From Octopus bimaculoides (lineage: Eukaryota): DNA of 64,000 nucleotides. The stretch spans positions 20,335,429-20,399,428 of the forward strand of contig NC_068981.1 in assembly GCF_001194135.2 (NCBI RefSeq). The letters are read 5' to 3'. The notes beneath the pieces were generated by a model, which saw only the letters and a program-made list of their open reading frames with translations, was not told the origin of the DNA and searched no databases. Position numbers and translations under genes: made by a program. Shown in pieces: positions 39,498-53,591 of this stretch. How positions within the stretch are numbered: the stretch's first letter is position 1; every line of letters starts with the position of its first letter.

Positions 39498-42400
39498 AGA
39501 AAAAAATTATATTACATATATCCAGTGAAATCTTACTCCCAGATTAAAGTTTTTATATCAGCACATGTTAATTTTGTTACATTCTATTTAATACTATCAC
39601 ATGTGTAGTTTGTGCCTCAAATATGTTATTTTGTTTTGATTTGGTCCTGAAGTCTCTCTCTCTCTCCCCCATTACACAATCTAAGAGTGGTGACAAACAT
39701 CCAATTTGTTCAGATCGTTTCCAAGGGTCTTTATGTGTTTACTCACCATCCTTAAGTCTCATAATTAGATCACACCTATTATTGATTTAACCTCGGACTG
39801 AACGATGAAAACATGTTGACAGCAGATTTTAATATTTTCATTTTCTCTCAGTGATACTTTTTATACTTACATGTTTCATTTTGTTTAAATGTAAACAAAA
39901 AGGCACCACTCAACTTAGTTGAATGTAACTCAGGATAAGAGCTACATGGACCCAAACCCAGAAGAAATCTAAAGAAGGGAGGTATAGAAGTTACAAGATC
40001 CTTTAACCAGATATCGGTTAAAAAATTTACTAGCTGATACATTATGTCAAGAAGGAGGTAGGAATATCTTCCTTCTCTTGTTCTATTTTGAACCTGTGTT
40101 CACCAACTTCACCTGCTAGAAATAGCAAAAACAAAATTGGACTTCATACAAAAGAGATTGCAAAGTATGTTGAAGTATGCATACATAGTTGCATACATAG
40201 CGGTCGATACATAGTTGAGTTATTTAGAAGAAAGTTGGTCTTCTTCTGTTGGTTGTTTTCCTCGAATTCGGTACTAAATGTGTTTATTTTGGGAAGTCCA
40301 GTGTGTGGCATTATTCTGTAGTAATGCCCTTGTATAAAATATAAAATGCAATAAACAAGAAAGGAAACAAAGTACAATATGTAGAATGGGTTAAAATGTA
40401 ATTTTTATCTATTTCAAATAAGGGCTCTCACAAAGGATTGAGAGCCACCTAGGGAGGATCAAAGGCCCTAACACTTTCACTTTCACTTCAAGCACTTTCC
40501 CTTTTCCAAATGCAACAGCCAGACAGAAACTCAGCATTGGCCCACTCATGCACATTAGTTTCACAACTTGCACTCGCCTTTTATCAAATTTTCTTTGAGC
40601 TCAGCAAGTCCCTCTCCACTCTCACAGCCCACTGTGAGTGATACTTAGAGAAACTAATGAGTTTGGTTTTATAGAGAGAGACAAGGGTCATTTCCTCAAC
40701 CCTTTCAAATTGCATCTACCTCTTTCACCATAATTGCAAGTATAGGGTGGAAACTGCTTGCCCATCTTTCAAGAACAGCCAAGTAATCAAACAACTCAAT
40801 TGATGGCCAGATATTTCCTATACATCACCACAGCAGTTTGTTATAATAAGTTTGATTGATATAATGACAAACATGCATCTTGGACAGGCCCAACTGATGG
40901 TACATCAGCACTTGTAAAGCTTATCCTAATCTAGCAACACCCCAGCCTCTTCCTCCTGCTAACACTGCTAGGCTACAGATGTTTACTACAAGTTTTGCAA
41001 TATGTTTTTGTCATTCATACTCATTATAATCACTGTTGTTGCTCAACTACACATCATGCAATTCCCTCACTAATCATTAACTACCCCACCCCACCCCCAC
41101 CTCCTCATAACACATTTATTACATACTCAATTTATAGAGTGATATCAGTGTTTTTAAGGTTTTTACTATTGACAAAGTATTGACTTTCTTTTCTATTAAA
41201 ATAAGTATCTTATGTATGAGAGTGTGCATGTGTGTAAACACAGGTATGCACATGTATATATATATATATGCATACACATATAATACATACATACACATGT
41301 ATGTGTAGATTCACAACCACACACACACACACACACACACCATATGCATATAAGATATTGTTCAGTAAAATAGGAATAACTGAGGAAGCCATTAAAAGCT
41401 TAAGCTGAAATTCTAAGTCGTTAAACAGTGTTTTCATCTAATTTTCCCTCTAAGTCAACTTTTTTAGATTCACTTAAAGAATTTGCACAGTTTGTAGTTA
41501 ATGTTTCAGTAATCTGTCATCTATGTTTAATGAGGCAAGCTATGGCTCTGTTCCCTCTACATCTGCAGGTTCTCCTTGCTAGGATATAGTTAATCGTTTT
41601 TGCCTAGTAATTATGCTCTTAATATTTAAAATTATATATCCTGAAATCAATATATATATGTATGTGTATATATATATACGTATGTATGTGTGTGTGTTTG
41701 TACACATTTGTATACCCGTGCATATGTATATACACTGTACACATATACATATATATTTATATACATATTTATGTGTGTGTATATATTTATATATAGCAAG
41801 TGCTATATGGACACAGACTGTGTGTCGATAGCCAGCTGAAAAAGATGTTTTCTTGAGGCTAAAACAACAGTAACATCGTCCTTTATAGGACTGCCACATT
41901 TTGTTGGCATATAAACTTTACTATATATATATATATATATATATAAAACACACTTATTTCATGCCATCTTTCCATGCTGGCATGGGTTGGACAGGTCATC
42001 ACAGTCTAAGTAATTTCTTATTTGGAGCCACTACTCTCGTAGTCTGGTGTTCATACTTGTCATTTGGTTGGGTTTACACAGCCAGATGCCCTTCTTATTG
42101 CCAGCTGCTTTACAGAATGCATTTGCTGCCTTTCCTCATGGCATCAGCACATGAGAGGTTGATTAAGACCTTGGTGAGACAAGAACTAAAGGGATCTCAC
42201 AATGGCTTTCTCCACCCAGGAGAGTGATAATAGAAGAAAGGCTAGAATGAGTAATTTAAAGGAGTATGAGTGTAACTGCAGAGAGTATTCAGTAACTTAA
42301 GATTTGTACTTTCACTCAGGTGACTGAAGTGGAGAATAGAGAGGAGAGAGGGAAAGAGAGAGAGAGAGCATTGATCAGCCAGGGCTAGAGCAGAAGTCAT

Positions 42401-42493
42401 TTGCCCATGATATCTTATGTATCCACAAAGTATCAGACTCTTACTCCCAAACTTCACTGTTTCTGTCATATATTGTGGGTTGTTTTGCCTTCC
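42401..42493 (-). mobile_element. Second Tc1 fragment in inverted orientation
   Basis: ORF 42242..42469 begins MTETVKFGSKSLILCGYIRYHG, paralogous to MMKTVKFGGKCLILWGYIKSDG. Confidence 0.75.
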
Positions 42494-42523
42494 TGGAGAC
42501 CTTAAGACAAATTCTCACTTACT

Positions 42524-43337
42524 GGAAAGCGAAACAGCCCATGTTACATGATGAAAACAGTGAAGTTTGGAGGTAAGTGTCTAATACTTTGGGGGTACAT
42601 AAAAAGTGATGGTTCAAGAAAGTTGGTTAACATTGACAGTAACGTGAATAGTGCCAAATACATTAAGTTGCTGAAGGAGAATTTGATACCAATCTTAGAT
42701 GAAGATGGGGTTTTTCAGCATGACGGAGCTCCATGCCACAGATTGTGTGCAACACAACAGAGTCTGGCTGATGAAGGTATTACTATGTTGAAAGATTGGC
42801 CAGCTCAGAGCTCTGACTTAAATATCATCAAGCAAATGTGAACAGAACTAAAGAGTTTGTTAGAAGAATCCATGCAATCTTGAAGAGCTGTAGGAGCTTT
42901 GTCACAGAGAATAGCATCTCATACTTGTGAAGATAGTGAAGGATTTGCATGCATCTCTTCCCAGGTGCATTGAAGCAATTATTTAAGCTAAGGGAAGCTA
43001 CACAAAATATTAACAATGTGCAGTAACTTCTTGAAATGAACATTATGTAGTAAATTTTCATAATAGACATTTTTCAGTTTTAAAACATTGTATCTTGATT
43101 GGTTTATGTGAGGTCGCCGAAAACTTTTGCATGACCATTTTTAGTGGTCGCCTCCCATCTTCCCTTCTCATTCAGAACCCCTACTACAAAAGACAATGAT
43201 TAGGTATGGAAATGACTCCAACAGAGCCAATGTTTCATTTGTAAAAAAAACGCAATGTGAAACATCCACTTATAAAGTTGCCGATTGGTAGAAATTTACA
43301 ATAGTTTAAAATGGCCAAAGACTTTTGCACAGTACTG
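42524..43337 (+). mobile_element. Tc1-family DNA transposon, 3' half with right TIR (pseudogenised)
   Basis: ORF 42548..42841 KTVKFGG...WGYI...FQHDGAPCH...WPAQSSDLNII; C-terminus LHASLPRCIEAII*AKGSYTKY*; right end ...gacttttgcacagtactg followed by TA. Confidence 0.88.
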
Positions 43338-43929
43338 TATGTATGTATATATTCATATACACATATATATGTGTATATGTAGCAAAAACATCATGGTGAA
43401 GCCATTCTTAGCTATTTGAAAATACAAAAATGTGTTAAGTCATTTTGCTGCTTATTTCTTGAGATGACAAATTCTATACAACATATCACTTACATAATTC
43501 TACTGTAATTGTTAAAAATCTGTTGCCAGTGAGATTTTATAGGCCTCAGGTGTTTTCTTTATGTTTGTTTTGTCTGTAGTACCTTGTACATAAATGTCTA
43601 CTGGGTCCACTGTTTGGCTGTCATTTGATCTTTGACATCGGCTGGCATTAGCCACTTTTAAGCCTAACTCCTCAGAATTCTTCTTCTATAAGTATTGTAT
43701 ATTTAAAAACTTCATTACCAATATTTTCTTTCCTCCCTTTTCTCTTGGTGTGAACTGGTTTTTAATGTATGCAGATGTCATTTTCTATATATATATATAT
43801 GCATATATATATACATATATTTGCTTGTAGTATAAGGCTATTGAAATTAGATTATTATGAAGCTGATGTATTTAACGGTATGTTAAAAAGTAAAAAAAAA
43901 AAACAAATTATAATTTAGAAATAATATAA

Positions 43930-44940
43930 TTGATAAAATCACACATACATATTCATATCTGTATACACAACACTGCAGCAAGCTGTCACATGCAGACACA
44001 ATGCCACAATGCAGTACAACCATTTCATATACATACTACACTAACACATATGAAAATACCTATACTACAATACATCTGTCACATAGATATACCACACTGC
44101 AACACAAATATCACATAGATACACCACACCATATTGCACTGCACCACAACCGCTGCAGACAAACCGCACTACAATACCACTGTTAAAGAGACACACAACA
44201 CAACTGTCATATTGACTCACCACACCACATCATACAGCAGCACAACTGTCACATAACTGCATGACCCCACATTGCAGCACAACTGCCACATAGGCACATT
44301 GTACCATTTTGCAACATAACTTTCACATAGACACTTCACACTGGAGCGCATCTGAAACATAGTCACACTGCGACACAACTACTACATAGACACACCACAC
44401 AGCTCTAGAACACAACTGTGACATACACACAACTCATCACACTGTAGTGCACCTATCAGACACACCACACTGTAACAAAACTGCTACATAGACACACCAC
44501 ACACCATTACAGCATAACTATCACATAAGCATACCATATCATGCTGGACACCCTATGCTGTACTGTGAGACAACTGTTACATATACTCACCACATCACAC
44601 TACAACACAGCTGTCACATAGTCACTCTCTACTACACCAGTATCACTACAACACAACCACTCTTCACTTCACTACACTGCCATTACTACCACACAGCCAT
44701 CCCCTCCACTACTATCACCCTCCTCTGCACTACCACTACTACTGCAATACATCACAACCACTGTCACCTTCCAGTATGCAACAACAATTACTACAGCACA
44801 ATCACACTCCACTACCACAGTCACCCTCTATTATGTTACCACCGTCGACACTACCACCCACCACTACACAGCCACTGCTACATAGTCACCCTTCCCCTAC
44901 ACCAAAATCACTACCGTAGCACTACACCACCACCTTGCAG
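43930..44940. repeat. CA-rich degenerate repeat tract
   Basis: Recurring acacaactgtcacatag / cacaccacactg units grading into (CAC/TAC)n. Confidence 0.75.
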
Positions 44941-45586
44941 AGAGAAAAAGATCATCCATACAAATCATACAAAGATAGAAAATATAAAATGAATTATTTT
45001 CAAATCATAAAATATGATTGTCTATTTTAATTATGATAGTTTATTTACAATGATAAAGTTTGTATCAATAGAATTAATTTGTTTCTATTTTACTTCATTT
45101 CCATTCTATATTTCCTTATCAATTTACTTGTCTGTCCCCAATAAAAAAAATGTAAAAAATTTGATAATTAAGATTTTGTATTGTTATTCCTCTTGAATTA
45201 TATGAGAATTTCATAAACTGATGTCTTTTTACTCTCTCCTCAACCAACATTACAACTTATATCTTTCATAAGCTATTAATTGAAACTCTTACAATAAAAT
45301 TAATGTGAACTGCACATTTATTATTATATTATTATTAATTTTATTATTATTATCATATCATTATTATTATTATGATCATCATCATCATCATTTTTTATTG
45401 GTATTATTATGAGTATTATTTGTTTTTTATCTCACCTTTCTTGTTTTTTTTTAATCTCACCTAATAATCTCTTTTTATTTATTCACAACAAATTGATGAA
45501 CTTGAAATAATAGATTTGCGAAAAAAATATTTAACTATAAATAAATAAACAGCTTGAACAACCCATTGCCAAACTATATCTTCTTG

Positions 45587-45669
<83 letters not shown>

Positions 45670-47899
45670 ATACGTAATTGTGGCAGTAGATATCAGAATC
45701 ACAAGACCACCAGATCAGATAGTCCGTCTTACAATGTTTAATTACTTCCCTTTATGTTCTGAGTTGAAATCTTGCCAGGTTTGAGTTCGAATTTCATCCT
45801 ACCCAGGGTTGACAAAATAAAGTACCACTCAAGTTTACCCTAACCCTTCCTCCCTCCTACAAAAGAAGAAAATATGTGACCTTGAAGCTCTGTTAAAAAA
45901 CATTATTAAATAGATTCTCTCTTTAATCTTCAGACCTATGCCATTTTCGTAGCATCTTCATCGTCCTCATCAGCATTAGCACCAGCATCATCACTTCCAC
46001 CACCACCATCATCATCATCAACATTTAAATATTCATTTTTACAAGGCAGTGTAACTTGGATGACTGTTCAATCTGGCATGTCTCCATTCCACTTGATCCT
46101 GAATAATTTTCTCTATAAAACCCAGCTAAAATATAACCTCATCTATTCTTCCCATGTCTTCCTTGGTCTTGTTCTGCTATTTGTCCCCTCAGTACAATGC
46201 ACTGCTACCACAGCACTTGTGATATCCATACATTATCATATGCTAATATGAATGCAACCATAAACATTTCAGGTAAATGATGGCTTTTATTTTATTTCAA
46301 CTTCTTGATATTTTAGTTGAACCTAGATTTGATAGAAAAAAACGGTAAATCCCAAGGAAACTTGTGATGTTCTGCATAAGAAAAAAAGAAATACAAATAG
46401 TTGAGAATAGTGGAGAATTTCTATGCTGTGAGGAAGAAGGAAAGTCTAGCATTTCTGACAGAACCCTTCCTCGGAGAGACATGAAATGTCAACTGGTGTT
46501 GATGGATAAATTGGGAATAGTGAGAGACAGGTAAAAAGAGAGAGAGAGAGAGAGAGAAGGAAGAGGAGGGAATTGTCATAGTAGTGAAGAATTAGGGAGG
46601 AAGAGGGGATAAGGAAGGGGAAAGAGGCAACAAGTGTTAATGGACAGGAATGCAGACCACAAGGGTGGTCAGTATGAGAACAAATAAAAGGGAAAGGAAT
46701 GCCATCAGATTTGAAAAACATGTGGGAAGGAGAGAAGATAATGACAGGAAGACACTATACAGATTTATAAACACATATACACTCATATATGTAAATACAC
46801 TCATGTGCATTGACATTCACATGCATGCATGAATATAAACATACATGAACATGCATGCAAGCATAAATCTATGTGTATATACAAACAGTATAGTAATACA
46901 GCCACACACATACATCTATCTAGTCACCCTCATATATGTATATATTTATGTATATACACATCCTTGGCCTTTGTCATCCTTCCCCACCCCACACACACAC
47001 CACCACCCCTGCTGTCTCAGTCATGCTACTTTGTCTCGAAAAACTTATTTATCTCAATTCTGAATACTCATATCACTCATGCTTCCCACTCTGAAGAGGC
47101 TGGTAAGCAAGCAGAGATGTGGAGTTATGAGCCATTTTGAGGACCTGGCTACTTCTCTTGTGCTAGTGTCATGAAAAATGTACACAGTACAGTCTGAAAA
47201 ATGTGTGGTTGGAAGGGGTCTTAAGCCATGTTGAGGACATGCTGCTGCCTCTCTAGTGCTGCTACCATGAAAAAGTGTACCCAGTACTTTTTGTAAAGTA
47301 GTTGCTGTTAAAAAGGGTACAAGCCATAGGAAGAAACAAAAATGGAACACAAGAAAGATTACCTGATATATCTGGGTGAGCAACTCTCCAAATATGTTCT
47401 GACTTTGACTGTGATAATGACAATACAAGCATTCATAATACTGCATGTACATGTATAGCAATGTGCATTGCTATATATATAGATGTGACATGTATACATT
47501 ACAGCTTCAAGCAGACTTCATCAGTTTTATTTGGATGAGAGCACAATACTCTCTCCAGCTATTTTGGTTATATAAATGGAATGTAAAACTTCTCATTTGT
47601 AGCCCTTTCACTCTACCACCAAGGGCCATGAGTAAACTGCTTTTTTTTTTTTTTTTTTTTTCACAAGCTCTTATTTCAATGGCATACTGCTTGAGTAGTT
47701 GTCTTGTTGCAGTTATTCTTACGCCACTTACATTCTGTGTTCAAATCCCCCAAGGTCAACTTTGCTTCTCATCCATTCAAGATCTATAAAATAGAGTACC
47801 ATTTGAGTACTGGATCAATGTAATCAACTATTCTCCTTCTTTCAACATTGCTGACCTTGTGGCTAAAAGTCGAAATAGTATCTGTATTCTATTCTTTTA

Positions 47900-48275
47900 T
47901 TCTCTTATTTGTTTCAGTCATTAGACTGTGACCCCGGTGGGGCACTGCCTTGAAAAATTTTAGTTGAAAAAATCCATCCCAGTACTTTTTTTTAAAGTCT
48001 AATACTTATTCTGTAGGTCTCTTTTGCCAAACTACTAAGTTACAGGAATATAAACACAGCAACATCACAAAGACACACGTGCACACACACACACATACAA
48101 ACATATATATATATATGATGGACTCCTTTCAGTTTCCGTCTACCAAATCAACTCACAAGGCTTTGATCACCCCAAGGTTACAGCAGAAGACACTTGCCCA
48201 AGGTGCCATGCAGTGGGACTGAACCCAGGACTATATGGTTTGGAAGCAAACTTCTTACCACACAGCCAATGCTAT
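47900..48275 (-). mobile_element. Diverged SINE, family B
   Basis: Reverse-complement match (gtttcagtca...aagacacttgcccaaggtgccatgcagtgggactgaaccc). Confidence 0.75.
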
Positions 48276-48405
48276 GCTTATATATTTGTATGTGTATATG
48301 TATACATATTTGAGAATGACTACGAAAATATGTCTCTGGTTATATTATTTTGTCTTGTTTATATATTCATGTATTTTTATGTTTATGTAAGTGTATGACA
48401 GAGTA

Positions 48406-48437
<32 letters not shown>

Positions 48438-48984
48438 GTGTTTCCTTCCCATTACTTCCTTTCCCTCAAACTTTTTGGAATCATTTGACATACCTTTTCT
48501 CCTTGCTCCAACCATTTTCCTCCTCCATAATACTTGTTGCTCTAACTGTTGCCCCTCCCCTAACAATTGTTGCTTTTCTCAACCTCCTTTACCCCTCTTT
48601 CCTCTTCTCTTATTCTTCACTATTATAATAGTTTTTTTTTCCTCCTCTTTCTCACTAACTCCAATTTACTTATCCTTCAACAGCATTTGATATTTCATCA
48701 CTCTCCCACAGAGTATTCTGTCCTAGACGTTAGACCTTTCTTCCTGACTGCAACAAAATGTATTTCACTATTTCATTGATTTCACAAATGCTCTCATCTG
48801 TCCTTATAACAACTCATGTTATCCATGCTACTTCATAGTATTATCTGATTTTACTAACTTTTCTGTATTGTCCACCATGTTGTACCATCTTTCTCCATAC
48901 ATCTCTCATACAAGTTCTTCTTGTGTTTGATAGATATCTGACAAGCATCAGATGTTTTGTCAGGTATCTATTATAATGGATACA

Positions 48985-49380
48985 CATCATCATCATCATC
49001 ATCATTATCATCATTTAACATTCATTGTCCATGCTGGCATGGGTTGGACAGTTTGACCAGAGCTGGCAAGCTAGGGAGCTGCACTAGACTCAGTCTGATT
49101 TGGCATGGTTTCTAAAGCTGGATGCTCTTCCAATATGTGCTGGGTGTTTTTACATGGTACTGCAGGAGCGCTTTTATGTGGCACCACATAGGCACTTTTA
49201 CATGGCATCGCACTGATGCTTTTAAATGGCACCACCCCAAGTGCTTTCACCATCAGAGGGACTAGTCTTAATACTTCTGCTGTAGAGTACAGGTCTTCTT
49301 GAGTACAGCAAGGCACCAAGCATCTTAGTCCTTTGTCATCTCACCTGAAAGGTTCAGTGTTCCATCCACATCACATGACC
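48985..49380 (-). mobile_element. RTE-type LINE 3' end, diverged
   Basis: (CAT)n tail, ccatgctggcatgggttggac, then a remnant of the RT C-terminus (gtacagcaaggcacc...atctcacc). Confidence 0.65.
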
Positions 49381-49947
49381 AAACCAGTGCAGTCTTTCTC
49401 TTGCACACAGCAATTCCTCTTATACCTAACTTCTCTCTCAAAACACTAGCACTGTTGAACATGTACACTTATTCAGCATTATAAACAGATTGGATTCAAT
49501 CCTTCTGTTTGGCACTTTGGATGTCTTTTACTGTAAATTCAGATTAGCAAATAGCTTGTGAGTTGAATTTGGTGGACAAAAATTGTGCAGGACTCTGCTG
49601 TATATCAATATATGTTCGCATATGTATGTTTCTGACAATGTTGACATTCATGTTATGCCCCTTTATGACCTGTAACTTAGCAGTTCAACGAACAGAGGTC
49701 AATAAAACAATTTTCAGGCTGTAATAAATATCAGAGTCGAGTGTCTTTCAGTGTCTGAAAACACATATAAAGTAGTGCCTTAGCATGGCCACAGAAAGAA
49801 AATAAAAAGAATAGAGTTTTAGAATTATTGTGGGCTTATTTGTCTATTTTAAATTACCCTATTTTAATGGAGTAATTAAATGTAATAGCTTGCATGTGTC
49901 ATTTGCATGAAAGAATAGATTTGTGCTAACATATTGAATATAATGAG

Positions 49948-50590
49948 TCATCATCATCATCATCATCATTTAATGTCCGTTGTCCATGCTGCCATGGTTT
50001 GGATGGTTTGACCAGGGCTGGCAAGCTGGAAGGTTACACCAGACTCCAGTCTGATTCAGCATGGTTTCTATAGCTGGATGCCCTTCCTAATGCCAACCAC
50101 TCTGAGAGTGTAATGGGTGCTTTTACACACCACTGGCATGGGTGCCATTTGCTTGGCTTGATGGGTCATCTTCTCAAGCACAACATAATGCCAAAGGTCT
50201 CAGCCATTGCCTCTATGAAACCCAACACTTGGAAGGAATTCAGCCATTTTGCCTCTGTGAGGTCCAATGCTCAAAAGGAACTCGCCTCTGTGAGGTCCAG
50301 TGCTTGAAAGGAACTCACCTCCATGAGGCCCAATGCTCAAAAGGAACTCAGCCACTTTGCCTCCATGAGGCCCAACACTCAAAAGGTACTCTTTACACAC
50401 CACCAGCATAGGTGCCAGTTACATGACACCAGCATCAGTCACAACTATGATTTCACTTGGCTTGATGGGTCTTCTCAAGCCCAGCATGTCGCCAAAGGTC
50501 TCGGTTACTAGTCATTGCCTCCGTGAAGCTCAAAGTTTGAAGATCATGTTTCACCACCTTGTCCCATGTCTACCTCTACCATAGGTTCCC
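49948..50590 (-). mobile_element. RTE LINE 3' end with internal tandem duplications
   Basis: Minus strand WDKVVKHDLQTLSFTEAMTSNRDLWRHAGLEKTHQAK* (RT C-terminus), then 3' UTR and (ATG)n tail. Confidence 0.8.
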
Positions 50591-52885
50591 TCCATATTTA
50601 AAAAATAATGAAGTGAAAAGACATAAACATTAGTTCAGTGATTGATAATTTCAGAAATTGTGAGAGAAAACTCTGGACAATCTTATAAAACTTCTTCATC
50701 AAAGCATAGACTTCACCATACCAAAGTAGTAAAAAGAGAATCACTAAACAAGTGTACAATAATGTACATAAGCAGGTGCAAAAAATTAGCCTATTTAAAA
50801 ATTAAATCACTGAGGTAAATTACTCAGACGTGCCATCTACATGAAAAAACCATAGTTAAGTTGATTTCAACATATTTAATGCAGTATGCATTAAAAAAAA
50901 AAAATTTAATTTAACTTCCATCATAGCAGTCTACAACAACTTTTTGATCAGCACCCTCTGGAAATATGTCTGTTCAAAGTCATCTAGGAGATATAATAGA
51001 TATCACATTCATTATTCATGGCATCCTGAACTTTATAATATTTATATCTATCCTCACCTAAATTTAAAGTTGTGAGCGTATTATCAGGGTAATCATCACC
51101 TGGAACACAAGAACATTGATAAACTGCTGTCTTTGGTCCTTTTCCTTCATATATGAAATGTTCAAGCCATGTGGATCAAATTTCAGAATTTCCCTAGAAA
51201 TATTATTTCTCTCAGCCTGATGAGATTAGTATTCAGCCATGTGAATAAATGTGATTTAGTATGATGCTGTGTTCTTCAGAGACTGTTAATGTCCATTTTT
51301 AGAACAGACAGAATCTTTAAACAAATTTCAAGTTTCACTACTGCTGCCATGGTGCAATATACATGATCAAAGTGATTGAGAGTTAATGATAAATGCTCTA
51401 CTTCATAAAAGACCCCACTCGAGGGAAACAAGAGAGTAACACGCGTATTCTAACAAATCTTTTCTTATAGATCCTCCTGTAGGAATTCTCCCATCCTAGA
51501 AATAATCTTTGATTTCAATGATTATTTTCTTTACCTACCTCCTTCTACCCCATAATGTTCATATTGTAAATCGCACCAATACATTTGTTGTACTTGATTC
51601 CCTATCAGCGTACCTATGTTCGTGATACACCTCTTTTGTACTTATTGATTTTATTATCTATATATTTCCTTCCTGTAATACAGGAATACACAACCATTAA
51701 TGCATTTTAATTGCTGAAGACTGTTCATTTTGCTTTTTCATGGGAATTATACTACTTATTCAATTATAGATTCTTAAGATCAGAATTATGAATGTTACTG
51801 TTTGTACAGCTTTTTTATTTTCTTCCCTATGAAATTAGCTTATCAGTTTATTTTTACTGAAAAAGGAAATCACATATCGCGCCCAGTTTCTTCTTTGGTT
51901 GATTTCTTAATATTAGTATATTCTTAGAATTGTCTCAGATATAAAAACTAAATATATATGTAAGAAAAAATGGGATGTGAAAAGTATTTTATTTGTGATA
52001 TTTCTGAGAAATAATGTCATTAAACGCCTAAAAAATAGAACCAGACAACAAACACTATGCAATTATGAAATGATTGTAGTCCAAATATTGTAGTGAAATT
52101 CAATATGGAGCCAATTTTACTTTTGTTTTTCAAATCTTCTCATTTATTACTTTGATGATTTTTCTAGTAATTCAAACTGGAATTTGTACCTGGTCACATC
52201 AAATCATAAATTAGTGGATGTTTATTATTTTGCCGCAAGAAGAATTTTGCAAATAAAACCAATTCTGTACTAACACCAAAAGCTTTATCTATAGTAAAAT
52301 TTGTACTTGGTGCACTTTATAGTATTGACTAATAGTTATTTAGTTGTTCAAACTATATAATTTTCTCTTCTTTTATTCTTCTCATAAGAAGCTATTTTGT
52401 AGAAATACATACTTACAAGAATTCTTATTTTAAATGGAACATTCACATTTAGAATGTTCCATTAGAGGTCACCATGTTGGTTATTCCATGGAATCCATTG
52501 AATTACAATTGCAATAATAAAGATTTCTATAACATATTTTACCATTATTTACATTGCGTTAATGCAAAATTTCTTAGTTTATATGTATGTGTATATATGT
52601 ATATATANNNNNNNNNNNNNNNNNNNNNNNNNNNNNNNNNNNNNNNNNNNNNNNNNNNNNNNNNNNNNNNNNNNNNNNNNNNNNNNNNNNNNNNNNNNNN
52701 NNNNNNNNNNNNNNNNNNNNNNNNNNNNNNNNNNNNNNNNNNNNNNNNNNNNNNNNNNNNNNNNNNNNNNNNNNNNNNNNNNNNNNNNNNNNNNNNNNNN
52801 NNNNNNNNNNNNNNNNNNNNNNNNNNNNNNNNNNNNNNNNNNNNNNNNNNNNNNNNNNNNNNNNNNNNNNNNNNNNNNNNNNNNN

Positions 52886-52928
<43 letters not shown>

Positions 52929-53448
52929 CGTACCCTAGTGACTTAATATACTGCAAACATCAGCTAAATACTACCTTAATATTGCTTTCTTTGTTCTTCA
53001 TTTATTTTGTTTACTTATTTTAAATTGAGTTTTCCCTACCAACCTTTATTATGTAACTGGAGACTTTATGTAACCAGAACTGCCATTTCCACTAGTCTTA
53101 TTTATAATGATTCTAATTGGTTGCCAGTGAGAAGTTAAATATTCTAAACCATCGATTAATATTTGCAGCAAAGCCAGAATTCCTGAATAAACCAGCAATC
53201 AAACTATTCTTGTCTTTAGCTACTATTTCAAATGAGTAATCTTTAGCATCAGTTGGATGTTATTTTATTATCAAATACAAGGTTATTAATATCATATCAA
53301 CATTTTTATAATTATCCCATCCTAATGTAGAGTGAGAAAAATAAGAGTTTTCATTGATTGAGGAAAATATTTTGTTTTCAAAACGTACAATTTTTTTTTA
53401 TATAAACATTTTAAAAGACATATCTCATTCTTTGTTTTCTAATTACAG

Positions 53449-53591
53449 TTCCTGATAACCTTCTGTTCTACACCCTCACTGGAACTGGTCAAGTTGGTTT
53501 TCATGCTGTTGGCTGGCCGGTCACTCCTTATTTAACATTGGTTGGATGGAGCTCAGACCCAAGTGCTATCACCTATGACCCCATTGAAAAA
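53449..53591 (+). CDS. LRP-like receptor exon D (start of second propeller)
   Basis: Acceptor aattacAG, donor GTaaga, phase 1 to 0. (V)PDNLLFYTLTGTGQVGFHAVGWPVTPYLTLVGWSSDPSAITYDPIEK; P..LL follows the EGF and AI.YDP precedes a YWTD, as expected for the family. Confidence 0.88.

Noticed and set aside
40400-40960. Possible decayed L1/Tx1-like RT on the minus strand
   Set aside because: Only faint motif echoes with many stops; cannot be supported without a search.
5229-50400. Short tandem arrays considered as CRISPR-like
   Set aside because: No unique spacers, no cas genes, and a eukaryotic context.
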